Below, piece after piece: positions 39,517 through 52,700 of a stretch of 64,000 nt of DNA. How positions within the stretch are numbered: the stretch's first letter is position 1; the number at the start of each line of letters is the position of its first letter. The translations under genes and the position numbers were made by a program. The notes below the pieces were generated by a model that was not told where the DNA came from, ran no database searches, and was given only the letters and a program-made list of their open reading frames with translations. This DNA is from Marsupella aquatica (lineage: Eukaryota; Plantae; Marchantiophyta): assembly GCA_973895155.1 (NCBI GenBank), contig OZ316892.1, positions 25,257,233 to 25,321,232 of the forward strand. The letters run 5' to 3'.

Positions 39517-42500
39517 ATAGTCGTACGGATGTAGTTGTACGGCCTCTGGATTTCCAACTTTTTTGTGAAGGGTCACTCACGGGCTTGTTGGAAAGAGCTC
39601 GCGGAGCTGATTCCAACAAGAGGCGGCGCTCCTCAAACGGAGCCAGGATGAGCAAGTTATGGCCCGGCGAAATTGTGTTTTCGCGATACGGAAATGACCA
39701 TAACTCAGGCGTCCGATGTCCGTTGCGAGTGCGGCTAAGTGATTCGGGATCAGGAGGAGAAGGGCTATCCAAGGGTGAGCTCAAAAGTACAATTGATAGG
39801 GCACCCAGTTTCAGCCATTGTGGGGTGCCTTGCAATTTCAGGGTTCACTGTGTACAGTTGGGGCGCCATCGAAGGCACCGTCAGCCCCTTGTTTAGGGTT
39901 TAGGGTTTTAGCAGCATGTGTGTGCCGCATGCCTTTTTAGTTTAGGGATTTCTTAGTGCAGGGTTTTAGCGGCGCCGCTAGGGTAGCCGCCATCGTTGTG
40001 ACCCCATGAGGGGTGCTTTGGTGTGGTTTTTTCGGTATTTAGGGGGAGAGCCCCGAAGTAGTGCGGGGGGGGGGAACTCAGCGTAGTACTTGGATGCTTT
40101 GGAGTAGCTTTTGTGAGTAGCGCACCGATTAGGAGAAGTTCAAGCCAGAGTAGTGAGGTGGAGAACGTAGCACTTGTCCCCGGGAGGCAGGAGTTGGGCA
40201 GACGGTAGGAGGCCGGGTTGTCCTTGCATGTGTTACGGGAAACACCAAGAGATATGGATTTGGCTTGAGGTTCCAATATTTTGTGTGTCACTTGTTGTTG
40301 CTTGTGTTGTTTATTTTCCTCCCCTAGTGCGTGTGGTCGGTGTCGTTGTGGAAACATTTGCCCTTGTCACTAGTGTTCAAATCTTATTGTAAATGTTGGT
40401 ATGCTTGCCCAAGAGAGGAGGGGGTGGTGACAGCACTCACCCGGTGGGCATGAGTTGTAGATGGTAGGACCAGTCCCTTGGACTTGATCAAAAATGGAGA
40501 GACCAGTCGGTAGACTTGATCAAAAAGTACACTTTCGGGAGCGGAATCAAACATATTCATCCTTAGGTGTGGAAATCCTCCAAATAGCGTCCCTCCACGA
40601 CCCCGTAATACGATACCAACGGTTTAAGCAAGGAAAAGTACGGTTTGCACGTATTAATCGTTGGATAGGCAAGTGACACAGTTCCAAGGGAACAAGTTCT
40701 GACTCAAGCTCTACCAGTAGTACAAGCTGTAGCTCAAGTTCTGATGATGCCGAAACCAAGACAAAAAGGATGCAGAAGAGCACAGTACCTCAAAAGGCCA
40801 AGACCTTGGATAAAATGATGGACTCATTAACCAATAAGTTAAATAAACTCTCTGTTAATGTTGTTGTTCTTAAACCAATTAGGAAATTCCCGCCTGCTAT
40901 CCGAAGCAATGTTTGGTGTACACGCTGTAATAATCAAGTACATTATCACCATGAGTGCCCCACATTACAACGTGCTATAAATTATGGAGAGGAGGAAGAG
41001 ATAGTAGACTATGGAGATATCTATGCAATCCAAGCACCGTTTGCATGACAATATTTTCCACCTACTACCAGTCCAACTACATGGGCTCAACCAAAAGCAT
41101 CGGGTTCTTCTCTATTTAATCAACCAGTCCCAAGATCACCAATGGGTCCCCCTGGGGGATATCCACCAAGAGGAGCACCAAGAGGACAAGGAATGTGTTA
41201 TAATTGTGGTCAACGGGGACACTACTCCCCAGAGTGCCCATATCCAAAGAGAGAAGTGGGATATACCTCAATTTGCGGAAATTGTGGAAAAGAAGGTCAT
41301 CTCCTTGTGGAACGTCCAAGCCCTTCCAAGCCAAAAATGATGGTGAGATTTGCGAAGGAACCTGTAAAGGAGGCACCCAGACCAGAGGAAATCAGGATGA
41401 TATATAGCCAAGAAAACATGGACCAATGCAGTCATGTAACTCTGGAAGCAGAAGTAGAAGCAAAAGAGGAAGTGCATAACATTTATGCACAGCCTCTGTC
41501 AGGTACCATTGCGGATGTCAATCTGGAACACCTGGTCCAAGACAACGTGGTAGGGATGCCCAATAAACTAGTGCAAGAAAGAGACCGTGTCTTGGAAACC
41601 TACGCCACTACTAGATCTAAGTCTCATCATGAAAAGAAACATACTAAAGACACCCTCAACCTCAAGTGTAAGAAATTGTCCAAAAAGAAGGGCAAGATGA
41701 GAGCTCCGACAGAAGAAGGTATTCCAATACAGGACGACCCAGCTTACGACAGGTATGATCCCAAGTATTTTCAGTCAAATATATCTGAAGAAATTAAAAC
41801 TCAAATACATGAGTTAACTGAGGAAGCACCACCTCTAGTTGAGAAAAATCATGCTCTAGGAGAAGAAAAGAGACATGAGCAAAAGCTAAAAGTAACCCCG
41901 ACACCTAAACCAGAGGGTTATGATATTGTGGAAGTTGTTAAGAGCCAACCTGCTAACATTACAATTGGAGAACTGTTACAAGATAATCCCACCTATAAAA
42001 AGCAATTGAGGACCCTACTCACAGGTAGACGGAAAAGAAGAAAACTTCCTTCTGTGGAAGCTCTAAGATTGGAGTGGGATGACAAGGGACCCCCAGAGAT
42101 TGATGTGCAGGTCATGGGATGTGTATTGACTGAAGTTCCAGTGGATGGTGGATCAAGTGTGAATATCATGACTGAGGAGACCGCATTTACCATTGGACTC
42201 ACTAAATTTGAAAAGACCTTACACGTTCTTCGAATGGCAGACCAATCCAAAGTGGTACCAATAGGGAAGCTCATTGGAGTTGACACAGTCATTGGAGGGC
42301 TGACTTTTCCTTTAGATTTTGTGGTAATCCGACCTGAAGTCCCCTCTACCTATCCTCTATTATTACGGAGGCCCTGGCTATATAAGGCCAAAGTTTGAGT
42401 TGATTGGGAACGTCGTCAAATGTCTTTTGGAAAGCCGAGAGTCACTATAAGTTGGGTAAATGAACCACATCTCAGTGAAACCCAATCTGATGAGGGTTAT

Positions 42501-44984
42501 ACCTCCAATTTTTTGGATTCTACTCTTCTAATTAAAGCACCCAAATTTAATTCGTTGGAAGTAGGCTACCTTGATGTTTTTGAAGTAGAGGGCAATTCAC
42601 CCAACAATGAGGCTAACATTCCTGCCTCTTGACATGAGGAGAATGAAGGTGAGGTAGTAAGGTTGGATAATCATGAAATACAAGATACACCTCCATGGGA
42701 GGATATTTTACCTAACTAGTCATAGGGAATTGTGGATCCTCAAAAATGCCAGAAAATTGAGATAGAACCAGGGAAATTTCTGAATATTAGTAACCATATT
42801 GAAGGAGAATTGAGAGAGAAGTACATTGACTTGCTAACTCAATATAAAGCCATTTTTGCCTGGAGCCATAAGGATCTTAAAGGGATAACTCCACATTTGG
42901 GAGAACATCGGATTGATCTAATTGAGGGGGCAGTACCAGTGTGGCAGAGACAATATCAGCTAAATCCTAAGTACTCCATGCTGGTTAAAGAGGAGCTTGA
43001 TAAATTAACTGATGCTGGTTTTATTTACCCTGTACTTAACAGTGAGTGGGTTTCAACCATTGTTATTGTCCCAAAGAAGCCTGGTCCAAATGGAAAACCC
43101 AAGATCAGGGTGTGTCAAGATTTCAGGAAGCTTAATGCAGCTACCAGAAAAGATCATTACCCCTTGCCATTCATAGATTGGTACTGGACCTAGTTGCTCT
43201 ACACGAATTATACAGCTTCTTGGACGGGTACTCTGGTTATAATCAGGTGTCAATTCAAGAAGTGGATCGAGATAAGACTACCTTTACCACGAATTGGGGA
43301 ACATACGCTTTTCGTGTTATGCCTTTTGGGCTGTGTAATGCACCTGGAACCTTCCAAAGGATTATGATGATAATATTTCAGGATTTCCTCAGAAAATTTC
43401 TTGAGATTTTTATAGATGACTTCTGTGTCTATGGTAAGGATACTCAACACCTTGACCACCTAATGCAGACATTCCAATGATGCAGAGAATCTCAGTTATG
43501 TCTGCACCCTGAGAAATGTTTCATAGGGATGAAAGAAGGCATTCTGCTGGGACATGTCATTTCACAGAGAGGAATCAAGGTTGACGCAGAAAAGGTTCGA
43601 ATTATTTTGGCTTTACAACCCCCTGGAAATTTAAAGGAGCGCCACGGATTTCTTGGCTATGTGGGGTCTTATCGACGGTTTATAAGGAAATATGCTGATC
43701 TTGCCATGCCCTTGACCCAACTTCTTAAGAAGGATGTGGAATATGTTTGGACGGAAGACATGCAACAAGTTGTTTTTCTTTATAAAGTTGGGTCCTACAC
43801 CTTAGTGAAAGGTGTTTTGTTTAAGTTGTTACCAAACCAAAGACTTCATCGTTGTTTGGAATCACAAGAAGTTCCTAGGGTAATTTCAGCTTTGCATACT
43901 GAATTTTCTAGAGGTCACTATGCTGTCAATACTACTGTTAAAAAGATTAAGGATGCTGGATTTTGGTGGCCTACTATGCATAAGGATACTTATGAGTACA
44001 TCCGGAGCTGCAATTTGTGTCAACGGGTGGGGAAGCCAACTGCTACATCTAAATGGCCTTTAACACCAATTTTACCTTTATCTCCATTTGAAAAATGGGG
44101 GATAGACTTTATTGGCCCAATCTCTCCTGCTGCTAGAAGAAGTCAAAGTAGGTACATCATCCTTGCTACTGATTATTTTACCAAATGGGTAGAAGCAAAG
44201 CATACTCGAAAGAATGATGCTGCTATAGCTGCCAGTTTCCTGTTTGAAAATATTATTACCAGGTATGGCTGCCCACTTGAATTGGTGAGTGATCGAGGCT
44301 TACATTTCCTTAATGAGACCATTGAGCTTATTACTGAGAAGTACCTGATTAAGCACCAGAAGACTACGCCTTACAATCCAAGAGCTAATGGACTGACTGA
44401 AAGAGCTAATGGATTAATTGGGAAGATCTTGAATTAAATGGTTGAAGCACATAAAACTGATTGGGACATTAAACTTCCCTCGGCTTTATGGGCTTACAGA
44501 ACAGCAGAAAAGATCACTACCTTAAGAACACCCTTCTATTTAACTTTTGGTATGCACAGTATTACCCCCATTGAGTTCGAGCTACCCACTGACCGGCTTT
44601 TAGTTTCTGAAAGATTACCTGAACTTGATAGTTTCCACACTAGACTGGAAACTCTAGATGAATTGGAAGAACACATGCTTCTAGCCTTACAACATACTAT
44701 TCAACAACAGGATAAACGAAAGATAGCCTATGACAAGAAATTAGAAGTACCTACTCTTCAACCGGGAGACTTGGCCCTTATTTATGACTCTAGGTATATG
44801 TTTTTCCCTGGGAAGCTTCCCACTCACTGGATAGGCCCTTACAAACTTGTTACATCATCCTTGCCTAATGGATGGATGGCCTAATGGATGGCCTAATGGA
44901 TGATGGCCTAATGGATCTTTATGGTTTTAGGGTGAAGAAATATTATTTACCGCACCCTAACGGCTTGTGAGGGCACGGCGCCGT

Positions 44985-45040
44985 TTGAGGAGAGGGCTAT
45001 GTAAGTAGTGGGTAATTCCAAAAGCATGAAGAAACTGAAA
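44985..45040 (+). repeat. Polypurine tract plus first 41 bp of the 3' LTR
   Basis: GAGGAGAGGG-CTA followed by TGTAAGTAGTGGGTAATTCCAAAAGCATGAAGAAACTGAAA, identical to 34524-34564. Confidence 0.9.
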
Positions 45041-45382
45041 TTTTTTAAATTTTATACGGTGTTTAGACTGCAATTGTTGCTAACTGTAACTATAAATAGC
45101 ATTCCACGTTAAGAGTTCCTAAGTTACGAGTAAACTCAGTTTACTGCTTTAAGAGTTTACAAGTTAGGACTTAAGAGTTTACGAGTTACGCCTTACGAGT
45201 TGGCGACCCTATGATTGTGACGTCTTCCGGCTAGTTCAACGGGACACCACAACGGAAGAAGAGCGTGCCTTGAAGAGAAGGCAATGTAGGACTCAGGCGC
45301 TCACTCTTGATTTTTTCCCTGCCTCCTCCATCTCTCTTGAGCTCCCCACTTCTTCGCGCACTCGGCATAACAGATTAGAACT

Positions 45383-47457
45383 ATGACTGGCGTGGGCACT
45401 GATGAGCAGTACCATGTCAACGCTCTGGAAATTCCTAAGAGTGTAGTAGCTTGAATTCCTCAGGCGCCCGACAGTTGTGCAAATTTAAGAACATCATTGT
45501 AGCAGCTGGGACTGGAGCATCTACTCGCAATTCCTTGGAATGTAGAGCTCGACTCGTATTTACAGGATTTTGTGAAAGGATTGCTGATTGCTCCTAAATT
45601 TCAACAAACCATTAGAGCTCGACCGAGTTTATGGACTGTGGAGAAAATTGCCTATGCCTTCCGCTGCCCCTCAAAAGGAGAAGGATTGTATTTGAAGAAG
45701 AAGGATTTGTCTACTCCTTACTTCTCAAGAATTCGCAATCTTACTAATGGCTGGAATTTGACACAATGTACTTATCCAGATCTGAGAGTTCTTCTGGAAT
45801 TTTTAGTATCAATTCTTCATCCAAAAAAGCCAACTATCTGTCCTGTGGCTTTGGTGAATACTATTGTAGCTGCTCACAGTGGAGCCATCCACGTGAACTG
45901 GGCATTATTGATTTTTAATGTGATGAAATATCAGGTGAGAAGTATGAAGGCAGGCAAACCCACTTATCTGCAAGTTTATTTATCTCAACTCTATCAGGCT
46001 CATGACTGTCTACATTCGGAGGAGAGAACAAAAAGGGGGTTACTTCTGATCGAGTTGGGCATTGAGGAAGAAATTGTTGTGGAAGAACCAATGGATGACA
46101 TTCCCTTGGATTCCAATGATCAAGATGTTGATATGGAAATCGAAGATGCATCTGTGGGTGGTCTTGAAGCTTCACCTGTTCACAACTTGGAGCTTGTCCA
46201 ACATCCTCTGAACAACCACGTGTACTCAAGAGAAGTCAATGTGGAAGATCAACCTGGAGCTGAAGAAGACAAGGACTTCTTTGAGCAACAAGAAGATGTT
46301 GTTGAACTCACTCCTGTTGTCATCCTAAGAACCAGTTCGACTACTTTTTCAAAAACAAATCAACAGCTTATTGATAAGTTAACCTCTCTCTTTGGTTGTA
46401 GTGACGCTAAACTTTACGATGTTGTCTGTGATTTGAGATTAGAGGCAGTCAGCTTATCTTTTCCATTTCCAGATCAGTTAACTCTTGTCAGGACAACTCT
46501 CCTATTGTGGGATCAGCATCAGAAGAATTTGTTGCTCTCACCCCTGTTGCCTGACAGACCCTACCTGTAGAACCGAGTGAACCTGTCTCTATGACAGGGG
46601 ATATAAATTATGTTGCCATTGTGAATAATTTATTAGGCATGTTACAGTGTGAGCCTCGAGCCTTGTTAATGTCTGTTGTTAGCAACTTAATTCAGAAATC
46701 CCCAGTCGCTAAAATTCCTCATAATCTAGATCCTTATCCCTATAGTCCTGATTCCAATTATGAACCCACTGATGGACCTATCTTCACTCAGGCACGACCT
46801 GAAGATCCTTATGTTAGTGGAGATCTCTCTGATGACTCTGACCCACCTTTAGATAATGAAACTTATCGATCTTATGATAACTCACTTGAGTCTTCACCAA
46901 GGCAGGGATTTGAGGATGTTGATGTAGCTCTAAGATCGAACCCAAACCTAGTGGCAGTTGTCACATCATCTACTCAGACTCCCCAAAATGCTACCATTGA
47001 GAGAAGATACCCCAGACTTCCTGAGTCCCAAGTACAAAGGTATGTGGACACTTGTAAAATAATGGATGCTAACAGGCCACCGGTTGGAGAATTCTGGAGA
47101 TACTATTACTTGAAGAAGACTGAGGCAAGCTACATCTTTGATCTTAGAAGTCATAGTACTTCCAGAGTGGACATGGCACAGTTTGATGAGTTTTGGACCG
47201 ACTCTATTTACTTCCGACCCATATTGGCTGTGATGTTGTTACAAGGTGATGTAGAAGTGGAGGATCCTGATTTAGTCTTGGCATACTTTGGAAATTTTGC
47301 AGTCTATGCCTTGGATTTTATGATTTCTTTTCTCATGCAGAGTAAGAAGTCTACTTCTTGTCAGAACAACTACATCCCTCAGGAACCAAAGGTTGAGTTG
47401 GTCTCGACTAGCACTTTAGCCGAGAAACAGAGGATATGGAATAATGTCACCACTTAG
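45383..47457 (+). pseudogene. Extra retrotransposon-associated ORF downstream of the 3' LTR start (N-terminal globular domain, then acidic linker)
   Basis: ATG at 45383 is in frame with track ORF 45572-46570 across two premature stops (TGA, TAG, consistent with C>T changes). It probably continues by frameshift into 46591-47457. Homologous by eye to the ORF at 63170-64000. Confidence 0.7.
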
Positions 47458-47460
47458 ACT

Positions 47461-49790
47461 CACTAGAAGAATCCGAGGTGAACTGAGATCGCAATATGTG
47501 ACTCATTTTGGCTCATGTGACTTAATTGTGACTCAACGTGACTTGACCCACGCTGTGACCCTTGGAGTTGCAAAAGTTGAGACCAAAAAATGGAAGTCAC
47601 TATTGATACTGGGCTTTGTGACTTGCTTGATACCCATTTGTGACTGATCTGTGACTTTATTGTGGAGTCTAGCCTTGTTTCTACGTGACTGCAATATGAC
47701 TTTGACGAGTCACATGGTAAGTCACACACATGACTTACCCGCATTCAACAACGACTAGCGTGTGACCATTTAGTGTCACAGGAGAGACCAATGGAGACCC
47801 TGGCCCGGGTCACACAATAGAACCATTTGGGACTCTATATACTCATGTTTATAACTAATAAGGTTCACATGCAAGTTGTAACCATGACTAATGAACACAG
47901 AGGGACAGTTCATAAGGAGAGAGAGCACTCCACATTACAATACATAGAAACCTGATGTTCTAACTTTAGAAATATAACACATTGAATACAAGAAATGAAC
48001 ATAGCATGAATGACATTCACATGAAACAAAGCATCATATAAGGAGATCCTACACAAAACATAAATAAGAATTAAACAAAATCACAATCTTGCTCAAAAAT
48101 GTAGATCATTTGAATTCCAATGGAATAGTTTAAAATGTGATCAATGTAATTTAGACAAAACAAGAACTCATAATTGATGACTGCAGGATGAGATAACTGA
48201 AAGCACATGCATGATACTATGAATCTCTAAGAGGACATGATTCTTGCACTCCTTGACATCTAAATTCTACATAACATGACTCACACTACGAACAAATAAT
48301 GGCATGACATTGTTATGGATCCTCTATGAACTTGCTTGGCCATAATACCAAAGAACCTGCAGCATCTCCAAGTGTCTTTTGAGGAGGATCATCATTTGTG
48401 TTTGGAATGGGAAGGACAACTTTAGGTTTCACTAGTAATGTGACTAACACTAGTGAATAACCTGGGGGAATCCTCTTGCCATGGAACGTTGTGGAACCAA
48501 CCTGCACTCTGCCAAATCCTACTTGTGTTCCACTCTCATCAACAGCTAACAAGCCACTTTGTCCCTCAGCATTAGGTGCTTTCCCTACTTCCACCTTAGA
48601 TCTTTCTACCAGCACTGTTCTTGGAGGTTTGTATGAAACCTTTGACGTGGCTCTGCTCCCACCAGCAGACTTGCTTCGTGTGCGCATGCTTCCTCTCTTC
48701 ACAGTAGTGAAGCTAGGCTCAGTAGGTTCCTCTGTTAGGACTGTCACAACAGCAGGTTCACCACCTGGGAGTGTCATACCAACTAACTCTTTGGTTGGAT
48801 TTATCTCAACAAGAGGCACACCTGTCATTGAGAATGATACATTCTGCAAATCATTTATCTTTGCAATGGAGTCAAGATCTAGACATAGCATGAATCTGGC
48901 TCAATGGTATCATTGTCATGCTTGCTGATATCCTCATTTGCCCCAACATTGATATCATCCACTCCCTTGCCAATGTCATCCTCATCCAAACATGGTTGAC
49001 TGCCCTCTGTCAAACAAGTTGCTTGTACAGACTGCAACTTTGTTGCCTCTAAATTACAACGAGTATTTGCCAGGTTGTCATACTTCTTCTCTGCAGCACC
49101 TGTCTTATTCTCTATGGACACAACAACCACAATATATGTTACTGAAAATAACACATTCAACAAACTATGTCAATTCAAACTATACATTTACTAATCATAT
49201 CCCACACAGTTGTAAAGGCCTTACCTTCAAGCCTACATGTCGTTGGCATGCCAGAAGAGTGCATCGACTTTGCCACCTCAAGTGGTGATGGTAGAACTCC
49301 TGCAGAATTGGAATCAATTTTATCTCTCACCGACACAACAGCTTCCATTAATGTCTTGAAGTTCACATGAAACAAGTCAGTCAATGAATTCAAACGTTCA
49401 TTGATCTCTGGAAGATATGTTTTGACAGCCTTAAAATGACCACTTATCTCTGTAAGTGAAGATCCACCTCCCTACATGACACAGGGGTATAGGTTCAATC
49501 ACTCCATATGAAATGTTGGGCAATATATGCACAATCAATGTTATATACAGTGTACACCTGAAATTCAACGCGCAGGTCATTCAATTACCAATCAGAACTC
49601 ATATAACTTACATGCTTGGAGGATTCAGATGCACCCTCTTGAGCCCGGGTGTTCACAATTTCAGCCCTCAACTCTTCTTTTGAAGGGCTTTGCCCCAATT
49701 GGGCTTTCTGCACATGCATGGCAAACACAAGTTATCATTATTATTCAGGGAACGTACACTAAAAAACAAAGTGAACAGTACATAGTGTAG
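47461..49790 (-). mobile_element. CACTA (En/Spm) transposon end with subterminal repeats and a spliced TnpA-like gene remnant
   Basis: Terminus CACTAGAAGAA at 47461; dense GTGAC/GTCAC subterminal motifs to ~47815. The minus-strand ORF ends in VGFGRV..FHGKRIPPGYSLVLV..LPIP..TLGDAAGSLVLWP, a C-terminal motif typical of CACTA TnpA/Tnp1-like proteins. Exon-like blocks at ~48313-49099 and ~49225-49473. No matching right terminus found. Confidence 0.8.
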
Positions 49791-49799
49791 CATAAATTA

Positions 49800-52700
49800 C
49801 ATAGTAGATTCGTGATCCGACAATGTCGAGCCCCCATTGTGAGGCAGCTCCACTGTACCAGCGATCCAGCCTCCCAAGCCGCTAAGGTAAAACCTGTCCA
49901 GACGAGACTGAGTGAGGTTTTCTTGCCTAAAGCGTCTCCACGTGTATCTAGAGCCAATGAATGTGCAGCCCAGGTTATATATATCAATAAGCTCTAGTCT
50001 CACTTGTAAAAAGCGCCAGAATTCTATTTCCCTCCCCCTGAGTAAGGAGGATCCACCTGATGAATCCAGCCTAGATTTCAGTCATGTTGAAGTCACCACA
50101 CAATATCCAGTTTGCTTGCTCAAGGCAATTCTACCTTGAGTTCATGCCATAGCAGGGCCTGTTGCCTAGCAGAATTGGGGGCATACACACTGACCACCCT
50201 AATCAGCCCACAAGAGTGCTCTATAATCACCCATACTGCTCGCCCAAACTCCAGCCTACCAGATCTTATCACTTTGAGCAGCGGCTGTATTAGAAGGGCT
50301 GACCCTCCCGGACCCTCATCCGGGGCAGCAAAGAAATGTTGATATTGTGATAGAATAGTACGCAAGGCAATGTCTAAGCTGAACTGCTCAGATTTTACTT
50401 CTTGTAGTGCAAAAATATCAAGAGGGGGCCTTAATGTCAAGGCCCAATTTTTTATCACATGCTTCTTGTTGGGCTCACACAGCCCACACACATTCCAGGA
50501 GGCTATTTTCCATGAACTATCCATTCAGGCCAATCAGCGCGGGTAAGGCCAGAGGATCTTGATATACCTCACTCCTAAATCCGGGGTCGAGCCCCAGGCG
50601 AGGCAACCCTACCAGTCCTTTCAAGGGGGGGGGGGGGTAAGTAACCCCTAGGTCAACAGGGCTACCTAGGACCCGCACCCCCACCGGAGGAGAAGCTACA
50701 AGTTCAGTCAAGCTCCTGGCAGACCCCTCATGCAACTGTGCTTGCTCCAAAACCTCCTTAGAGCCAGCAACATCCCTCCCCAGTCCACTGCCCTTTGCAA
50801 CCAACACAGGCTCATGTGAGAAGCTTAAGGAGCGTTGTTTTTCCCTTCCATCTTATCTATTTCCAATTTATGAGCCGGGGGTGTTCTCAACGCTTGTTTC
50901 CTGGCTCTCAGTTTTGTTTGGCTGCATGATAGGTATTCTTCATACTCTGAGAGCTCCATGTCAGTATCCCCATGGAGAGAGTCATTGTCAGCACCAGCAG
51001 CCCTCCGTTGCAATGACGTGCCGGACCTGGATGCAGCAAGGCACACCCCACCATCATTCCTATCCGCCGTATCCCTTGTCTCCATCTCCACTGACTGTTC
51101 TAAATGATCACATAGCTGCTCTCTAGTGTCTCCTACTGTCAAAGGTAGAACAGGTACAATCTCCAGCAGTCCAGTCTGCCCACTCAAATTCAGTCCCCCG
51201 TCCTTCTCATTGGGAGCCCCAGTCGGTCCTCCATGTGCATCAGTAGCCTGTGAGAGCATGTTTTCTACCTGCAATAGCGCCGCTTCCACCCCAGTCCCAG
51301 CAGCCACGCTGGTTTGCATCTGCCGACCAGCAATAAGTCCCTCAGCCACAACTAGATGAGAAGCTATTGCCAATTTAGTTTCTCTATAAGGGGCAGCCTC
51401 AGGGTCAAGCGGCTGCTTAGAAACACTTGGCACTTCCTTCATCACCTCCGTGCTGCCCAACAAGTAGTCTCTCGCTAAATGACCTTTAAGATTGCATTTG
51501 AAGCAATGGTATGGAACATAACAGGCTGCCAGATAACGATGTCATCCATGATCCGGATCTGAGCACTAGTAGGGATCTCCCTTTTTGTGTCCCATAGGAT
51601 ACAGGCCCGATCATGTGGATAAGAGCTAAACTCATCCCCCTGAATATAATAAAGCAACTGCCCAAAGGATTCGGCGATCTTTCGTCTGCAGCCTTCAAGT
51701 ACTAATACTCTATATGGAATCTCAATCCAGACCGACAACTTAGTATAGGATTCATTCTTAATATCAAATGAGGGATTGCAAGCAAATGTATACACAAACC
51801 TACGTTCCATGAACCAAGGTGCATACTCCAACGCAGCATCCCGATGGTTTGGCAGTGCAAACACCACCAAATAGATTGAAGTTCTTCCCCACATATTTGA
51901 CCTGTAGCACCAACCAATTCATCTCTTGTACCATCGTTTCTTCCACCCACTCCCGGAAAACCGGAAGCAGTGGAGCTCTATCAGTGAAAAAGCAGAGGAT
52001 GGCGTAGTTGTACAGTTTCCTGGCATTACTAGCCGCTTCCTCCAAGCTCCAATCAACCGTGGTATAGAGCTTCTTGTGCCAGTCCTCCTTGGACTTCTCC
52101 CCAAATAATCTCTTTTAATATCCGAATGCACTCCTCCAATGTCTCCTTAGGTTCTTCCTCCTTGAACATCTTAGCATCTAAATTGGTCCTCCCATTGTTA
52201 ATCAAATTTGGCCGTTGCCTCTCCTCAAGTAGTCCAACAATATGCCCAATTTGCCTCCCAGAATTCTCAATAGTGCTCCTGCCAGCTTCAGGTTCCAACG
52301 GTCTTGCCGTAGAAGCACCTTGTTGCGCTTCCCACCGTAGTTTGGCATTTTGTTCCTCTTCCCATTGCTGTTGTGCTAAGTGATAAATGGCCGGTCTAGA
52401 TTCAGGGATACTAGTGCCCCTTAGCGCACCATCTTCCACATATCCAGTGCAGGCATCCTGGGGAGAGTATTGTTGTCGATATGATGCAAAGCCCGGTCCT
52501 CCATTCTGAGTAGAGGCACTGCCCCTACCACCAAATGAATGCAACCTCCCTGCCACTTCATTCCCGTAGCTCCATACCGTGCTCCCCTCAAACCAGCAAT
52601 TCTACCTTGATTGTGCGAATGGCGGTGTATATATACCTTCCCGAGGTCCGTAGTAATCCATTGCGTAGTAGAATTGACTCCTAAACCCTTCTGAATTCAC

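Larger units (their letters stand above)
38139..40678 (+). mobile_element. 2540-bp TG...CA insertion with 5-bp TSD: large solo LTR nested in gag
   Basis: Begins TGTGACGGGG and ends AAGTGACA. Flanked by CAGTT at 38134-38138 and 40679-40683. The Ser-rich gag frame resumes after it. No gag/pol inside. Confidence 0.9.
36762..44960 (+). pseudogene. gag-pol of the Athila-like element (disrupted, interrupted at 38139-40678)
   Basis: Gag capsid-like region (F.G..KEDAETFL..F, WFINGLP); CCHC knuckles; protease VDGGSSVNIM; RT (DFRKLN, LDGYSGYNQ, MPFGLCNAP, FIDDF); integrase (H..GH..C..C, KWGIDFIGP, SDRG, NGLTER, WIGPY). Multiple stops and frameshifts. Confidence 0.93.
34524..47460 (+). mobile_element. 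Athila-like (non-chromovirus) Ty3/Gypsy LTR retrotransposon, degenerate, with extra ORFs
   Basis: 5' LTR starts TGTAAG (34524); PBS at 34939; domain order gag-PR-RT-INT; PPT at ~44985-44999; 3' LTR start at 45000 is identical to 34524-34564 for 41 bp. The right end is lost at a CACTA insertion. Confidence 0.9.
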
